From an uncultured Gammaproteobacteria bacterium (lineage in GTDB: Bacteria > Patescibacteriota > Microgenomatia > Levybacterales > UBA12049): a DNA stretch of 64,000 nt. The notes beneath the pieces are model-generated. The model saw only the letters and a list, made by a program, of their open reading frames with translations, searched no databases and was not told the origin of the DNA. Of this stretch, positions 56,467-64,000 are shown in pieces; within the stretch, counting starts at the first letter, position 1, and each line of letters starts with the position of its first letter. The position numbers and the translations under genes were made by a program. The stretch covers positions 465,313-529,312 of the forward strand of contig CAZDOJ010000001.1 in assembly GCA_964507055.1 (NCBI GenBank), written 5' to 3'.

Positions 56467-57117
56467 CTATCGAGCAGAACCTGATCCACTCTGACTTGTA
56501 GGAATAAGTATTGTCCCACGGCCGTTGTACGTAAAGTTCCTTGTCACTGTCTGGGTATCGTCACCGGCAATACTTTTTACTCGTAATTCAAACTTAATTG
56601 GTCCTTGTGGCAAATTGTATAGTGCAACAGAACGATCATCATATCCTGACCAGCTTCCTCCATTAATACGATATGACCAAGCTGCTTCGCAATATCGGCT
56701 ATCATCGTAATCGATATCAACCATGACTGGATTATCGTTTACCGCATCGCCTTCATCGGGTGTAGAAATAGAGATTGGCCCCAAACCCTTCAAGCAGGGA
56801 GCTTCTGTTGCTCCAAGTGGCGTCGGCGTTGCAACGCTATCTTCACCTACAGGTTGTGCAAAGAATCCTTGATTAGTTGTCGCCCCAGGCATAGGGGTTG
56901 GAGTTGGTTTGGCATTGAGATTCTTAAGAGAATTGAAGTTAAGAAGCATGACCGTAATCAGAACTGGAATACTAAGAAATGCAGTAACAAACTCTATATA
57001 TGGCTTATTTTTAATAAACCGATTCTCTGCTTTCTTCTTTGTTTTTGGAGCAGTTTTTTTTGTGGCTTTAGCAGGTTTTACTGCTTTGGATTTAGTAGTT
57101 TTGGCACCTTTGGGCAT
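56467..57117 (-). CDS. Membrane-anchored hypothetical protein with a Lys-rich N-terminus
   Basis: Start moved to MPKGAK because promoter-like TTTACA..TACAAT lies inside the longer ORF. One TM followed by a Pro/Thr linker. Confidence 0.4.
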   Translation of the reverse strand: MPKGAKTTKSKAVKPAKATKKTAPKTKKKAENRFIKNKPYIEFVTAFLSIPVLITVMLLNFNSLKNLNAKPTPTPMPGATTNQGFFAQPVGEDSVATPTPLGATEAPCLKGLGPISISTPDEGDAVNDNPVMVDIDYDDSRYCEAAWSYRINGGSWSGYDDRSVALYNLPQGPIKFELRVKSIAGDDTQTVTRNFTYNGRGTILIPTSQSGSGSAR

Positions 57118-57209
57118 AACGAATACAGTTTCTGTATTATTATTGTAGATGAAAATTATCAGGTTTGTAAATAGATCTTTTAGTAAAAATTTCGAGTGAC
57201 GATTGTTTT

Positions 57210-57238
57210 TTGAATTTAATCTCAAAAACTGTTAAAAT
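57210..57238 (+). promoter_or_regulatory. tRNA promoter TTGAAT-17-TAAAAT
   Basis: Same hexamers and spacing as the tRNA-Arg(TCT) promoter. Ends 9 nt before the tRNA. Confidence 0.45.
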
Positions 57239-57247
57239 GCATCTAAT

Positions 57248-57321
57248 GCACCCGTAGCTCAGCTGGATAGAGCACTTGACTTCGGATCAGGGGGTCGGGG
57301 GTTCGAATCCCTCCGGGTGTA
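57248..57321 (+). tRNA. tRNA-Arg (anticodon TCG)
   Basis: Acceptor GCACCCG/CGGGTGT (G-U closing pair), anticodon stem CTTGA/TCAGG, loop CTTCGGA, T-loop TTCGAAT. Confidence 0.8.
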
Positions 57322-57423
57322 CATATTATCAGTCCTGTGTATCGCTTCGCACATGAGAATTGACTAAACTCCAAACATCTTCTTTGACAAATGCTATAGG
57401 ATTTGTTAAAATTGAAGGGTATT

Positions 57424-57687
57424 ATGGAATTTAGAAATAAAAATCACATAAAAGAAACACGTCAAGCTTCTAGAGAGACAATCATATTTGACGTAAGCGA
57501 TTCTTCGCGAAAAGGTAACGAAACTTCCGCTAAAGCTTCTGCACCTCAAGTGAGTGATTCAACTCGTACATTGGCAGAACGAGCCTTGGCAAAATATGAA
57601 AGAACAGCACAAATAAAAAGCAGTCTCTGGCATCTTAATCTTCTTTCCAAGAATTTCGATGTTGAGGGTAACCCAATAGGTAAGTAA
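57424..57687 (+). CDS. Small hypothetical protein (leaderless, TTGACA-17-TAAAAT upstream)
   Basis: 87 aa from MEFRNKNH. Confidence 0.35.
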   Translation: MEFRNKNHIKETRQASRETIIFDVSDSSRKGNETSAKASAPQVSDSTRTLAERALAKYERTAQIKSSLWHLNLLSKNFDVEGNPIGK

Positions 57688-57797
57688 CCTTCAATAGCCC
57701 CTGTTGTAAATATATCTCCTTGAGCTGTACTTAATTTTAGTGGAGATTTTTGCATAAATTGATATTCAATGTGTAGTAAAAATGAATAATTTTTTTT

Positions 57798-58496
57798 CTA
57801 TTGCAGCTCTACAGAATACACTTTATATCCATCATCAAGAAGAACACTAATGCAACTCCCAATTGTAAAGGATGAAGCATTTGATACGGTTTGGAAAAGA
57901 TATGCCGGGATGAGCAGTCCTTGTCCACTTTTGTCACTGGTGAAGCTTATATGCCATGATGAATCATTCTTCTCAACAAGTTTGCCATTAATGAGTCTAA
58001 TATTGCCTGATGACTTCGTAATATTTGATGGAGGTAAGTAGATAGTTGAACCAACAACAAGCGGACCAACTCCATTGAGTTGCAAGAGTTCATTTACACG
58101 AGAACTATCTTTTAATTGATCTGTCGCGATAGATTGCAAAGACTCAGATTGTTTAACGGTATATGGAGTGAGGTATTCCCATTTTTGTGCAAGTCCTGTT
58201 TTGCCACATACTTTTGAATCTATTGCTACTGGCTGTTCAGAAGAAGTTGTTTGTGATTCTGGAGCTACAGAGACTATGGTACTTTCAGTATTGGCAACAG
58301 GAGCTTTTAATGTAGATTCCTGATTTGCCTCAGCACCGAGCACTTTTTCTGCAGTTTTTGGTTGAGTATCCACTGCTCCCTTTCCATAGTTATAACTCAA
58401 AATGCCTACAAGAAAGAGAGAAATAATCCAAAATGAAGCGATCCAATAATTAGCACTCCCAGAAGATTGTGCAGATTCTTTTGTGTTTTCTTCCAT
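57798..58496 (-). CDS. LysM-domain membrane-anchored protein
   Basis: TM, then ..YTVKQSESLQSIATDQLKDSSRVNELLQLNGVGPLVVGSTIYLP (LysM-like). Confidence 0.5.
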   Translation of the reverse strand: MEENTKESAQSSGSANYWIASFWIISLFLVGILSYNYGKGAVDTQPKTAEKVLGAEANQESTLKAPVANTESTIVSVAPESQTTSSEQPVAIDSKVCGKTGLAQKWEYLTPYTVKQSESLQSIATDQLKDSSRVNELLQLNGVGPLVVGSTIYLPPSNITKSSGNIRLINGKLVEKNDSSWHISFTSDKSGQGLLIPAYLFQTVSNASSFTIGSCISVLLDDGYKVYSVELQ

Positions 58497-58575
58497 ATCT
58501 TTAATATTACTTTATAAGAGGTAAAAGTCAAACAAAGTCTTGACATCAATATACTTATATGTATAATATACGTAT

Positions 58576-59085
58576 ATGCCAAATAAAACTATTTACGTCA
58601 GCGACAATGACCTACCACTCTTTGATGAAGCGAAAGACATCGCTGGAGAAGCTGTTTCTTCTGTTATCTCACGGGCACTCCGAGAATATGTCAGCAGACA
58701 TCGAAAGAAAGCCCAAGGGATGAAAGAAGTATCTGTCTTGGTCGGTAAAGCAAATGCTGAACTTGAAAAACGATTTGTCGGAGCTAAGATTGGGAACTGG
58801 AACGGATTTAGTGATGATAGAGAATGGTGGATGGAAGCTACAATGTACCGTACACAGAAAAACAATTGGGCGGTTAACCTTATCACCGTTTGTAAGGCAA
58901 GTCTCCTGACAAATAAAAGTGCTTGGAGAGCAAGTGGAGATTATCTGACGAATCCCCGACATGCCGAACTTATCGTCGGAGCAAAAGAAAAAGATTTTGA
59001 GAAAAAACTCCCACAAGATTTATTTACAACACTCACGAACCTTATGGAAAAAGATGAAACACCAGTTGAATTCTTGGATATTTAA
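58576..59085 (+). CDS. EXLDI-family protein (RHH-like N-terminus, C-terminal E-F-L-D-I)
   Basis: 169 aa. KTIYVSDNDLPLFDEAKDIAGEAVSSVISRALREYV. Ends ..PVEFLDI. TATAAT 8 nt before the ATG. Confidence 0.5.
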   Translation: MPNKTIYVSDNDLPLFDEAKDIAGEAVSSVISRALREYVSRHRKKAQGMKEVSVLVGKANAELEKRFVGAKIGNWNGFSDDREWWMEATMYRTQKNNWAVNLITVCKASLLTNKSAWRASGDYLTNPRHAELIVGAKEKDFEKKLPQDLFTTLTNLMEKDETPVEFLDI

Positions 59086-59100
59086 AGGAGGTGATATGAT

Positions 59101-59253
59101 ATGAATCACAATCAATTAAACGAATTACAGCAGTTACATGACTCTGAATATGCAATGAGATGGTATGGTTGGGGCTCACCTATTGGTTTGAGTATTTTCT
59201 TTCTTACCCTCGTTGGTATCGCAGCAATTATTAAAATGGTATTTTTTGCTTAA
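59101..59253 (+). CDS. Unannotated 50-aa single-TM protein translationally coupled to the EXLDI gene
   Basis: SD AAAGGAGGTGA overlaps the EXLDI stop. MNHNQLNELQQLHDSEYAMRWYGWGSPIGLSIFFLTLVGIAAIIKMVFFA. Confidence 0.4.
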   Translation: MNHNQLNELQQLHDSEYAMRWYGWGSPIGLSIFFLTLVGIAAIIKMVFFA

Positions 59254-59256
59254 AAT

Positions 59257-59284
59257 AAAAGCCGTTCCGGAGCGGCTCTTATTT
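59257..59284. terminator. Bidirectional terminator between convergent genes
   Basis: AGCCG-TTCCGGAG-CGGCT hairpin flanked by A/T runs. Confidence 0.5.
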
Positions 59285-59286
59285 AA

Positions 59287-60492
59287 CTAAGCAACTTGAA
59301 GCTTATCATCCATGTATTCAGCAATGTCACCCTGTAGCGATGAAGCTTTATTCAAAACTTCTGGAGCAACAAAAACATTCGCATGCCACCGTTGATTACC
59401 TCGTGGAATATCCCATGAGACTTCCCCTGAATCAGAAAGAAGTGGCAAAAGTATTTCTCTTCGACCATTATTTTTTGTAAGATCTACTGCAATATTTTCA
59501 GGCTCAATTCCAAATGTCTTACTAATATCATCAGCTATTTCACCATTACGCATAGAATTGCCCATCGTTGCAATGAAAACGTCTGATGGTGCTTCCGTTT
59601 CAAGTGTATACGCACGATTATAATAATCCCATTTTTCGGCACGATTAAGAATTCCATTTGTCCGTGTATCGGCATTATCTTTGAGATATTGTTGAGCACC
59701 TGCATCTGTAAGAAAAAAGAATTCTGGTTGTAATACATCTTCTTGATAAGCAAGATGTAAAGCTCGTTGCAACATTGCAGCAGGAGCAAGATGTGCAGGT
59801 TCTAGCAAGTAATCATATGCTCTTGATCTGGAAATCTTCCATTCATTGAGATTCCTCGAAATATCTCCTTGGAGCATAACTTGGCCATCATGGAGAACCA
59901 TAGCTTCTGCAAGTCTTTCAGGAGAATAGTTCTTTCCCCTTGCGATACCAGATGCCAGTTGCCAACGTACAAGATTATCCAAATTATCTACATCAAGTGA
60001 TCCGCTCACAATATTGCTGAAGGGTTCATCTTTGCCTTTGATATACAGAGCTACTTGATGAACATCAGCTTGTTCTCCAATAGTTCTACGTAAATGATCA
60101 TTTTCGAATACTACATTGATGAAATCTTCATGTGCCACACCAAACACTGCTTTCTGAAAAGGTTCTGATGTATGGGTAAATGGTGGGTGTCCAGCATCAT
60201 GGAATAATGCAGCGATTTCAATTTCACGTGCTTGATCAGCAAACTCAGGCTTCTTCGTGACTATCTTTGCCAAATGTTGCACACCGACAGAATGTTCAAA
60301 TCTCGATGCATTGACACCATTTGGAAGAAACGATGCTGGCATTGCATCAAGCGTTACACCTTTTAGCCTGGTCATTGCTGAAGTTTGAAATAAACGCAAA
60401 TCATCTTCTGTGTAGGATACTTCACCATACACTCTATCTTTAATTTTTCTGGGTTTTGGTTCTGAATCAAACCCTGGAATTCGCTCTCTCAT
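59287..60492 (-). CDS. HD-domain phosphohydrolase, dGTP triphosphohydrolase-like
   Basis: ..FEHSVGVQHLA.. ..HDAGHPPFTHTSE.. Confidence 0.75.
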   Translation of the reverse strand: MRERIPGFDSEPKPRKIKDRVYGEVSYTEDDLRLFQTSAMTRLKGVTLDAMPASFLPNGVNASRFEHSVGVQHLAKIVTKKPEFADQAREIEIAALFHDAGHPPFTHTSEPFQKAVFGVAHEDFINVVFENDHLRRTIGEQADVHQVALYIKGKDEPFSNIVSGSLDVDNLDNLVRWQLASGIARGKNYSPERLAEAMVLHDGQVMLQGDISRNLNEWKISRSRAYDYLLEPAHLAPAAMLQRALHLAYQEDVLQPEFFFLTDAGAQQYLKDNADTRTNGILNRAEKWDYYNRAYTLETEAPSDVFIATMGNSMRNGEIADDISKTFGIEPENIAVDLTKNNGRREILLPLLSDSGEVSWDIPRGNQRWHANVFVAPEVLNKASSLQGDIAEYMDDKLQVA

Positions 60493-60529
60493 GTCGAGAG
60501 ATTATAGCAGAATATTATTTGCCTGAAAA

Positions 60530-61780
60530 TTATTTGAGGATAAGCTGAGCCAAACCTAAGAAGACAAAGAACCCGATAACATCGGTAGCGGTAGTGATAA
60601 AGATAGTTGCGGAGGATGCTGGGTCTTTTCCAAGTGATTTCATGATCATTGGAACAAGGGCTCCAAAGAAGCCAGCGTTAATTAAATTAATCACCATAGC
60701 AATACCCAGAACCAAACCTAACGCTGGACTCTGGTTAAAGACTGTCGCAATGACGGCAACAATCACACCATTGATAAGACCATTGATTCCTCCTGCAATC
60801 ATTTCATTACGGATAAGAGCCCTACTTGTTTTGAGCTCAACCTCTTTAAGGACAAGTCCACGCACAGCAACTGCAAGGGCTTGTGTCCCGGCATTGCCAC
60901 CCATTCCAGCAACGATCGGCATATAAACAGCAAGTAATGTGAACTTGGAAATTGTATCGGAAAAAAGCCCGACGACAGACGCTGCCATAAAAGCGGTACC
61001 TAAATTGATAATCAACCATTTATAACGGTATTTAACCTTCATCAACGGACCATCAAGTGAACTTTCTTCTTTGGCTACACCGGCAAAACCATACAAATCA
61101 TGCATGGCATGTTTATCAATAAGGCGAAGAATTTCATTTGAATGGATAATACCAAGAATATTTTCTTCTCCATCCAAAACGACCACCTTATTGTGAGGAT
61201 TCTTTACAAACGAATTGATAACTTTTGGTACTTCACTGTCGTAACGAATTGATGGAATCTTACGAATTAATTTTTCATTAACCTCATTAGACTTATGCAA
61301 AGCCAAAGAATATCCAGGAAGTTCGCCAATAAGCTTATTATCCTCGACAACGAGTATCGATGGAAATTTCGCATTCTTCTTCTCATAATCTGCGATTTCT
61401 TCAAGAACAGCAGACAACTTGGTATTCTTTGAAACAATAATATAGTTGAGGTGCATCAAACCAGCAGCAGCTTTAGGGTTAAACTTGAGAAGGAACTCAA
61501 CCTTTTCGCGAACATAATCATTGAGTCGCTCAGTAATCTTTTTAGAACGGCTCCCTTGAATCTCTTGAAGAATATCTGTTGCTTTGTCAGGATCAAGTGG
61601 ATTAAGAAAGTTTAATATCTCATCATCCGAAAGCTTTTGTAACAAATCTCTTTGGATTCTCGTTGAAAGCTTAAGGAGTATATATCCCTGACGCGTGGGT
61701 TCAATTCCCCGAAAGAGAACCAATCTTGTGCTTGGAGAATTAACGAGTTGATTGACAAGACTTCGATCGCTTAATGCCAT
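60530..61780 (-). CDS. mgtE: Magnesium transporter MgtE
   Basis: MgtE N-domain, CBS pair, and a C-terminal TM domain (..GFFVFLGLAQLIL). Confidence 0.9.
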   Translation of the reverse strand: MALSDRSLVNQLVNSPSTRLVLFRGIEPTRQGYILLKLSTRIQRDLLQKLSDDEILNFLNPLDPDKATDILQEIQGSRSKKITERLNDYVREKVEFLLKFNPKAAAGLMHLNYIIVSKNTKLSAVLEEIADYEKKNAKFPSILVVEDNKLIGELPGYSLALHKSNEVNEKLIRKIPSIRYDSEVPKVINSFVKNPHNKVVVLDGEENILGIIHSNEILRLIDKHAMHDLYGFAGVAKEESSLDGPLMKVKYRYKWLIINLGTAFMAASVVGLFSDTISKFTLLAVYMPIVAGMGGNAGTQALAVAVRGLVLKEVELKTSRALIRNEMIAGGINGLINGVIVAVIATVFNQSPALGLVLGIAMVINLINAGFFGALVPMIMKSLGKDPASSATIFITTATDVIGFFVFLGLAQLILK

Positions 61781-61935
61781 AGTTAGTACTATTGTAATAT
61801 GTATACTTCACTATTAGCAATACATTTTATTAAAAAATCTCTTTAAGGGTTTATTTGTAACAAATTTAAAGCTGATTATGCACCATTTTGGTTTAATATT
61901 GACCTTACAAATAATACGTGTACAATATACACCAC

Positions 61936-63729
61936 ATGCGCAAAGTATCTCTACCTATAAGCCGTACCATGAAATTCCCTATCCGGCGTCCATGGATACC
62001 ATATATTGTGCTTGTAATCTCTCTTTTCATAACTATCTTAGCAACTCTTTTTGTGATGCGGAGTGCGGAAGAGCGAGATCGATTGCGTTTTCAAAGTGCG
62101 GTTGAACAAACCCAAAATACTATTAACAATAGAGTCGAGACCTACATCGCATTACTCCGAGGCGGAAGCGGACTCCTAGCAGCTCGATCAGATATCACAG
62201 ATGAGGAATTCCGTCTATTTGTAGAACGACTGCAACTCACACAACGCTATCCTGGAATTCAGGGAATAGGTTATGCTCAACGAGTTTTCGCAACTGACAA
62301 GGAAAGCTTTGAAGCATATGCCAAAAGTGCATTAACTGAAGCATTTAGTATAAATCCCGAAGGTGAACGTGATGAATACTACCCTGTTCTCTATCTCGAA
62401 CCACGAGATTACTTAACAAATAGTAAAGCACCTGGATTCGATGGGTTCTCTGATCCAATTAGAAGAAATGCTATGGAACGAGCACGTGATACAGGTCTGA
62501 GTGCTGCTTCTGGAAAAGTATTACTTTCGCAAATTGATAATGAGAAAAACCGTGCAGGCTTCCTCATTTATTTGCCAGTGTATCAAAGTGGAGAAGTACC
62601 AGAAACTATTGCCGAAAAACGCGAACAGATTCAAGGATTTATTTATAGTCCATTCAGAGCAGACACTCTTTTTAAAGGAATCTTTGGGGATCAATCACAA
62701 CTACTTATAAATTTTCAGATCTATGACGGAATCTATGTAAATGAGGCACAGTTACTTCATGATTCACGAACAGGGAGCAGTAATGCCGGAAATGAAGCAA
62801 ATCCCAGATATACCTCAAAACGAACAATAGACATTGCTGGTGAGAAATGGACAATCATGTATGAGAATGATTCGCAATTTGAAAGCCAATCACAACGCGG
62901 ACTTGCTCCATTTATTTTGGGTTTTGGCTTGGTTATAAGTGGTGTCCTTTTCATACTTAGTCGATCGCAGTTTTTGGCTAGAACTGCAGCAGAACAAACT
63001 GCTGTCCAATTACTAAGCTCACAAAAAGATTTGCAAAAAGCGATCGGTATGAGAGATACCTTTATTTCAGTAGCGTCGCATGAATTGAAAACACCTGTAA
63101 CGAGTCTGAATGTTTACCTTGAAGTCATGTTGCGACAATTCCAAAAGGAAAAGAATGAAAATGCAGTGCAGAGTCTCACTAAGATGAAAAAGCAAATAGA
63201 TAAACTAACAATACTCATTCATGACTTACTTGATGTTACGAGAATTCAAACCGGTAAACTTGCATTTGATGAAGAACTCTTTGATCTTTCAGAGGTTGTC
63301 CATGATATCGTAGAAAACACAAAACCACTCGCAAACAAGCATGAAATCATCATTGAAAAGAATGAATCTATTGAATTATGGGGAGATAAAGATAGGCTTG
63401 GACAAGTTATCAGTAACTTCCTCACCAATGCTATCAAGTACTCTCCTGATGCAAATAAGATTATCGTCAGAAGTGAACGTACAAAAAATGAAGCACAGGT
63501 TTTTGTTAAAGATTATGGTATTGGTATAGAGCAATCACACCTGAAGAAAATATTTAATAGATTCTATCGTGTGACAGATAGGAATGTACAAACATTCCCA
63601 GGATTAGGTATTGGATTATATATCTGTCATGAAATAATTAAACGTCATGGAGGAGAAATCAAAGTAGAAAGTAAAAAAGGCAAAGGTTCAGTCTTTAGTT
63701 TCGCTATCCCGATAAAGAAAAAAAGATAA
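61936..63729 (+). CDS. Sensor histidine kinase with a periplasmic CHASE-like domain (orphan)
   Basis: TM, a periplasmic domain of about 300 aa, TM, then H-box SHELKTPVTSL and HATPase GLGIGLYICHEII..GKGSVFSF. Start moved downstream of TTGACC-16-TACAAT. Confidence 0.8.
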   Translation: MRKVSLPISRTMKFPIRRPWIPYIVLVISLFITILATLFVMRSAEERDRLRFQSAVEQTQNTINNRVETYIALLRGGSGLLAARSDITDEEFRLFVERLQLTQRYPGIQGIGYAQRVFATDKESFEAYAKSALTEAFSINPEGERDEYYPVLYLEPRDYLTNSKAPGFDGFSDPIRRNAMERARDTGLSAASGKVLLSQIDNEKNRAGFLIYLPVYQSGEVPETIAEKREQIQGFIYSPFRADTLFKGIFGDQSQLLINFQIYDGIYVNEAQLLHDSRTGSSNAGNEANPRYTSKRTIDIAGEKWTIMYENDSQFESQSQRGLAPFILGFGLVISGVLFILSRSQFLARTAAEQTAVQLLSSQKDLQKAIGMRDTFISVASHELKTPVTSLNVYLEVMLRQFQKEKNENAVQSLTKMKKQIDKLTILIHDLLDVTRIQTGKLAFDEELFDLSEVVHDIVENTKPLANKHEIIIEKNESIELWGDKDRLGQVISNFLTNAIKYSPDANKIIVRSERTKNEAQVFVKDYGIGIEQSHLKKIFNRFYRVTDRNVQTFPGLGIGLYICHEIIKRHGGEIKVESKKGKGSVFSFAIPIKKKR

Positions 63730-63762
63730 TACTTCGATTATTTGTTATAATAAATCCACTCT

Positions 63763-64000
63763 ATGGAGATTCTTATCGTTATTTTTCTTATAGTACTCAA
63801 TGGAATCTTCGCTATGGCAGAGATTGCAATTGTATCCTCCCGCAAAACCAAACTACAACATCTGGCAAACGAAGGTAGTAAAAGAGCACAAGCAGCTTTA
63901 GAATTAGCAAAAAATCCCAACCGCTTTCTTTCAACTGTACAAATAGGAATCACACTTATTGGTATTTTCGCGGGTGCATTTGGAGGAGCAACAATTGCTG
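63763..64000 (+). CDS. CNNM/DUF21 (TlyC/CorC-family) membrane protein, partial
   Basis: MEILIVIFLIVLNGIFAMAEIAIVSSRKTKL.. Confidence 0.7.
   Translation, partial: MEILIVIFLIVLNGIFAMAEIAIVSSRKTKLQHLANEGSKRAQAALELAKNPNRFLSTVQIGITLIGIFAGAFGGATIA

Overview
This 64 kb window is AT-rich bacterial chromosome, dense in small membrane proteins. It uses the standard genetic code, because TGA serves as a stop. Several traits recur: strong GGAGGTGA ribosome-binding sites, many apparently leaderless genes, a Gram-positive-type LexA box, and proteins resembling the WhiB and EXLDI families. Together these suggest a small-genome Gram-positive-like or CPR/Saccharibacteria-like organism, but I cannot confirm the lineage from sequence alone. 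I found no CRISPR array, transposase, integrase or rRNA gene.

Main content, in order along the window:
- A low-GC surface-glycan operon on the minus strand (1..6682). It encodes a large polytopic membrane protein of at least 658 aa, which I found by my own translation and which is absent from the ORF track, followed by three GT4 glycosyltransferases, a GT2 polyprenyl-phosphate glycosyltransferase and a small membrane protein.
- A secreted Asn/Gly/Ser/Thr-rich tandem-repeat protein (6974..7570).
- Housekeeping genes: a DacA-like D-Ala-D-Ala carboxypeptidase, a Nudix hydrolase, Cu/Zn superoxide dismutase, MurI, enolase, MgtE, DinB, LexA with a perfect SOS box, and Tgt divergent from a YhhQ queuosine-precursor transporter.
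- Six tRNAs: Leu-TAA, Pro-TGG, Gly-TCC, Arg-TCT, His-GTG and Arg-TCG, with recognisable promoters and terminators.
- Several further glycosyltransferases (a processive GT2 synthase, a GT1 MGT-like enzyme, another GT4), two orphan sensor histidine kinases, an HxlR regulator paired with a quinone reductase, and numerous DUF-type membrane proteins.

Candidates for novel biology:
- An overlapping two-gene operon (29116..30896) encoding a QueC-like PP-loop ATPase with N- and C-terminal extensions plus an ICMT/PEMT-like membrane carboxyl methyltransferase. An orphan-terminated structured RNA candidate lies just upstream.
- A gene pair (33416..35493) encoding an acyltransferase-like protein and an E1-like (ThiF/MoeB) adenylyltransferase with a novel charged N-terminal domain. 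No Ubl, E2 or JAB partner is present, and a histidine kinase / PspC / lipid-kinase module follows.
- An ATP-cone fused to an Mrr-like nuclease.
- A flippase-like (UPF0104) domain fused to DUF2079.
- A lexA – orf99 – dinB SOS cassette.
- A genome-wide promoter architecture (TTGACA, 17 nt, TAnAAT, then the start codon 6-11 nt later) that implies widespread leaderless translation.

Coordinates of regulatory elements were derived by hand from the printed sequence and may be off by a few nucleotides.
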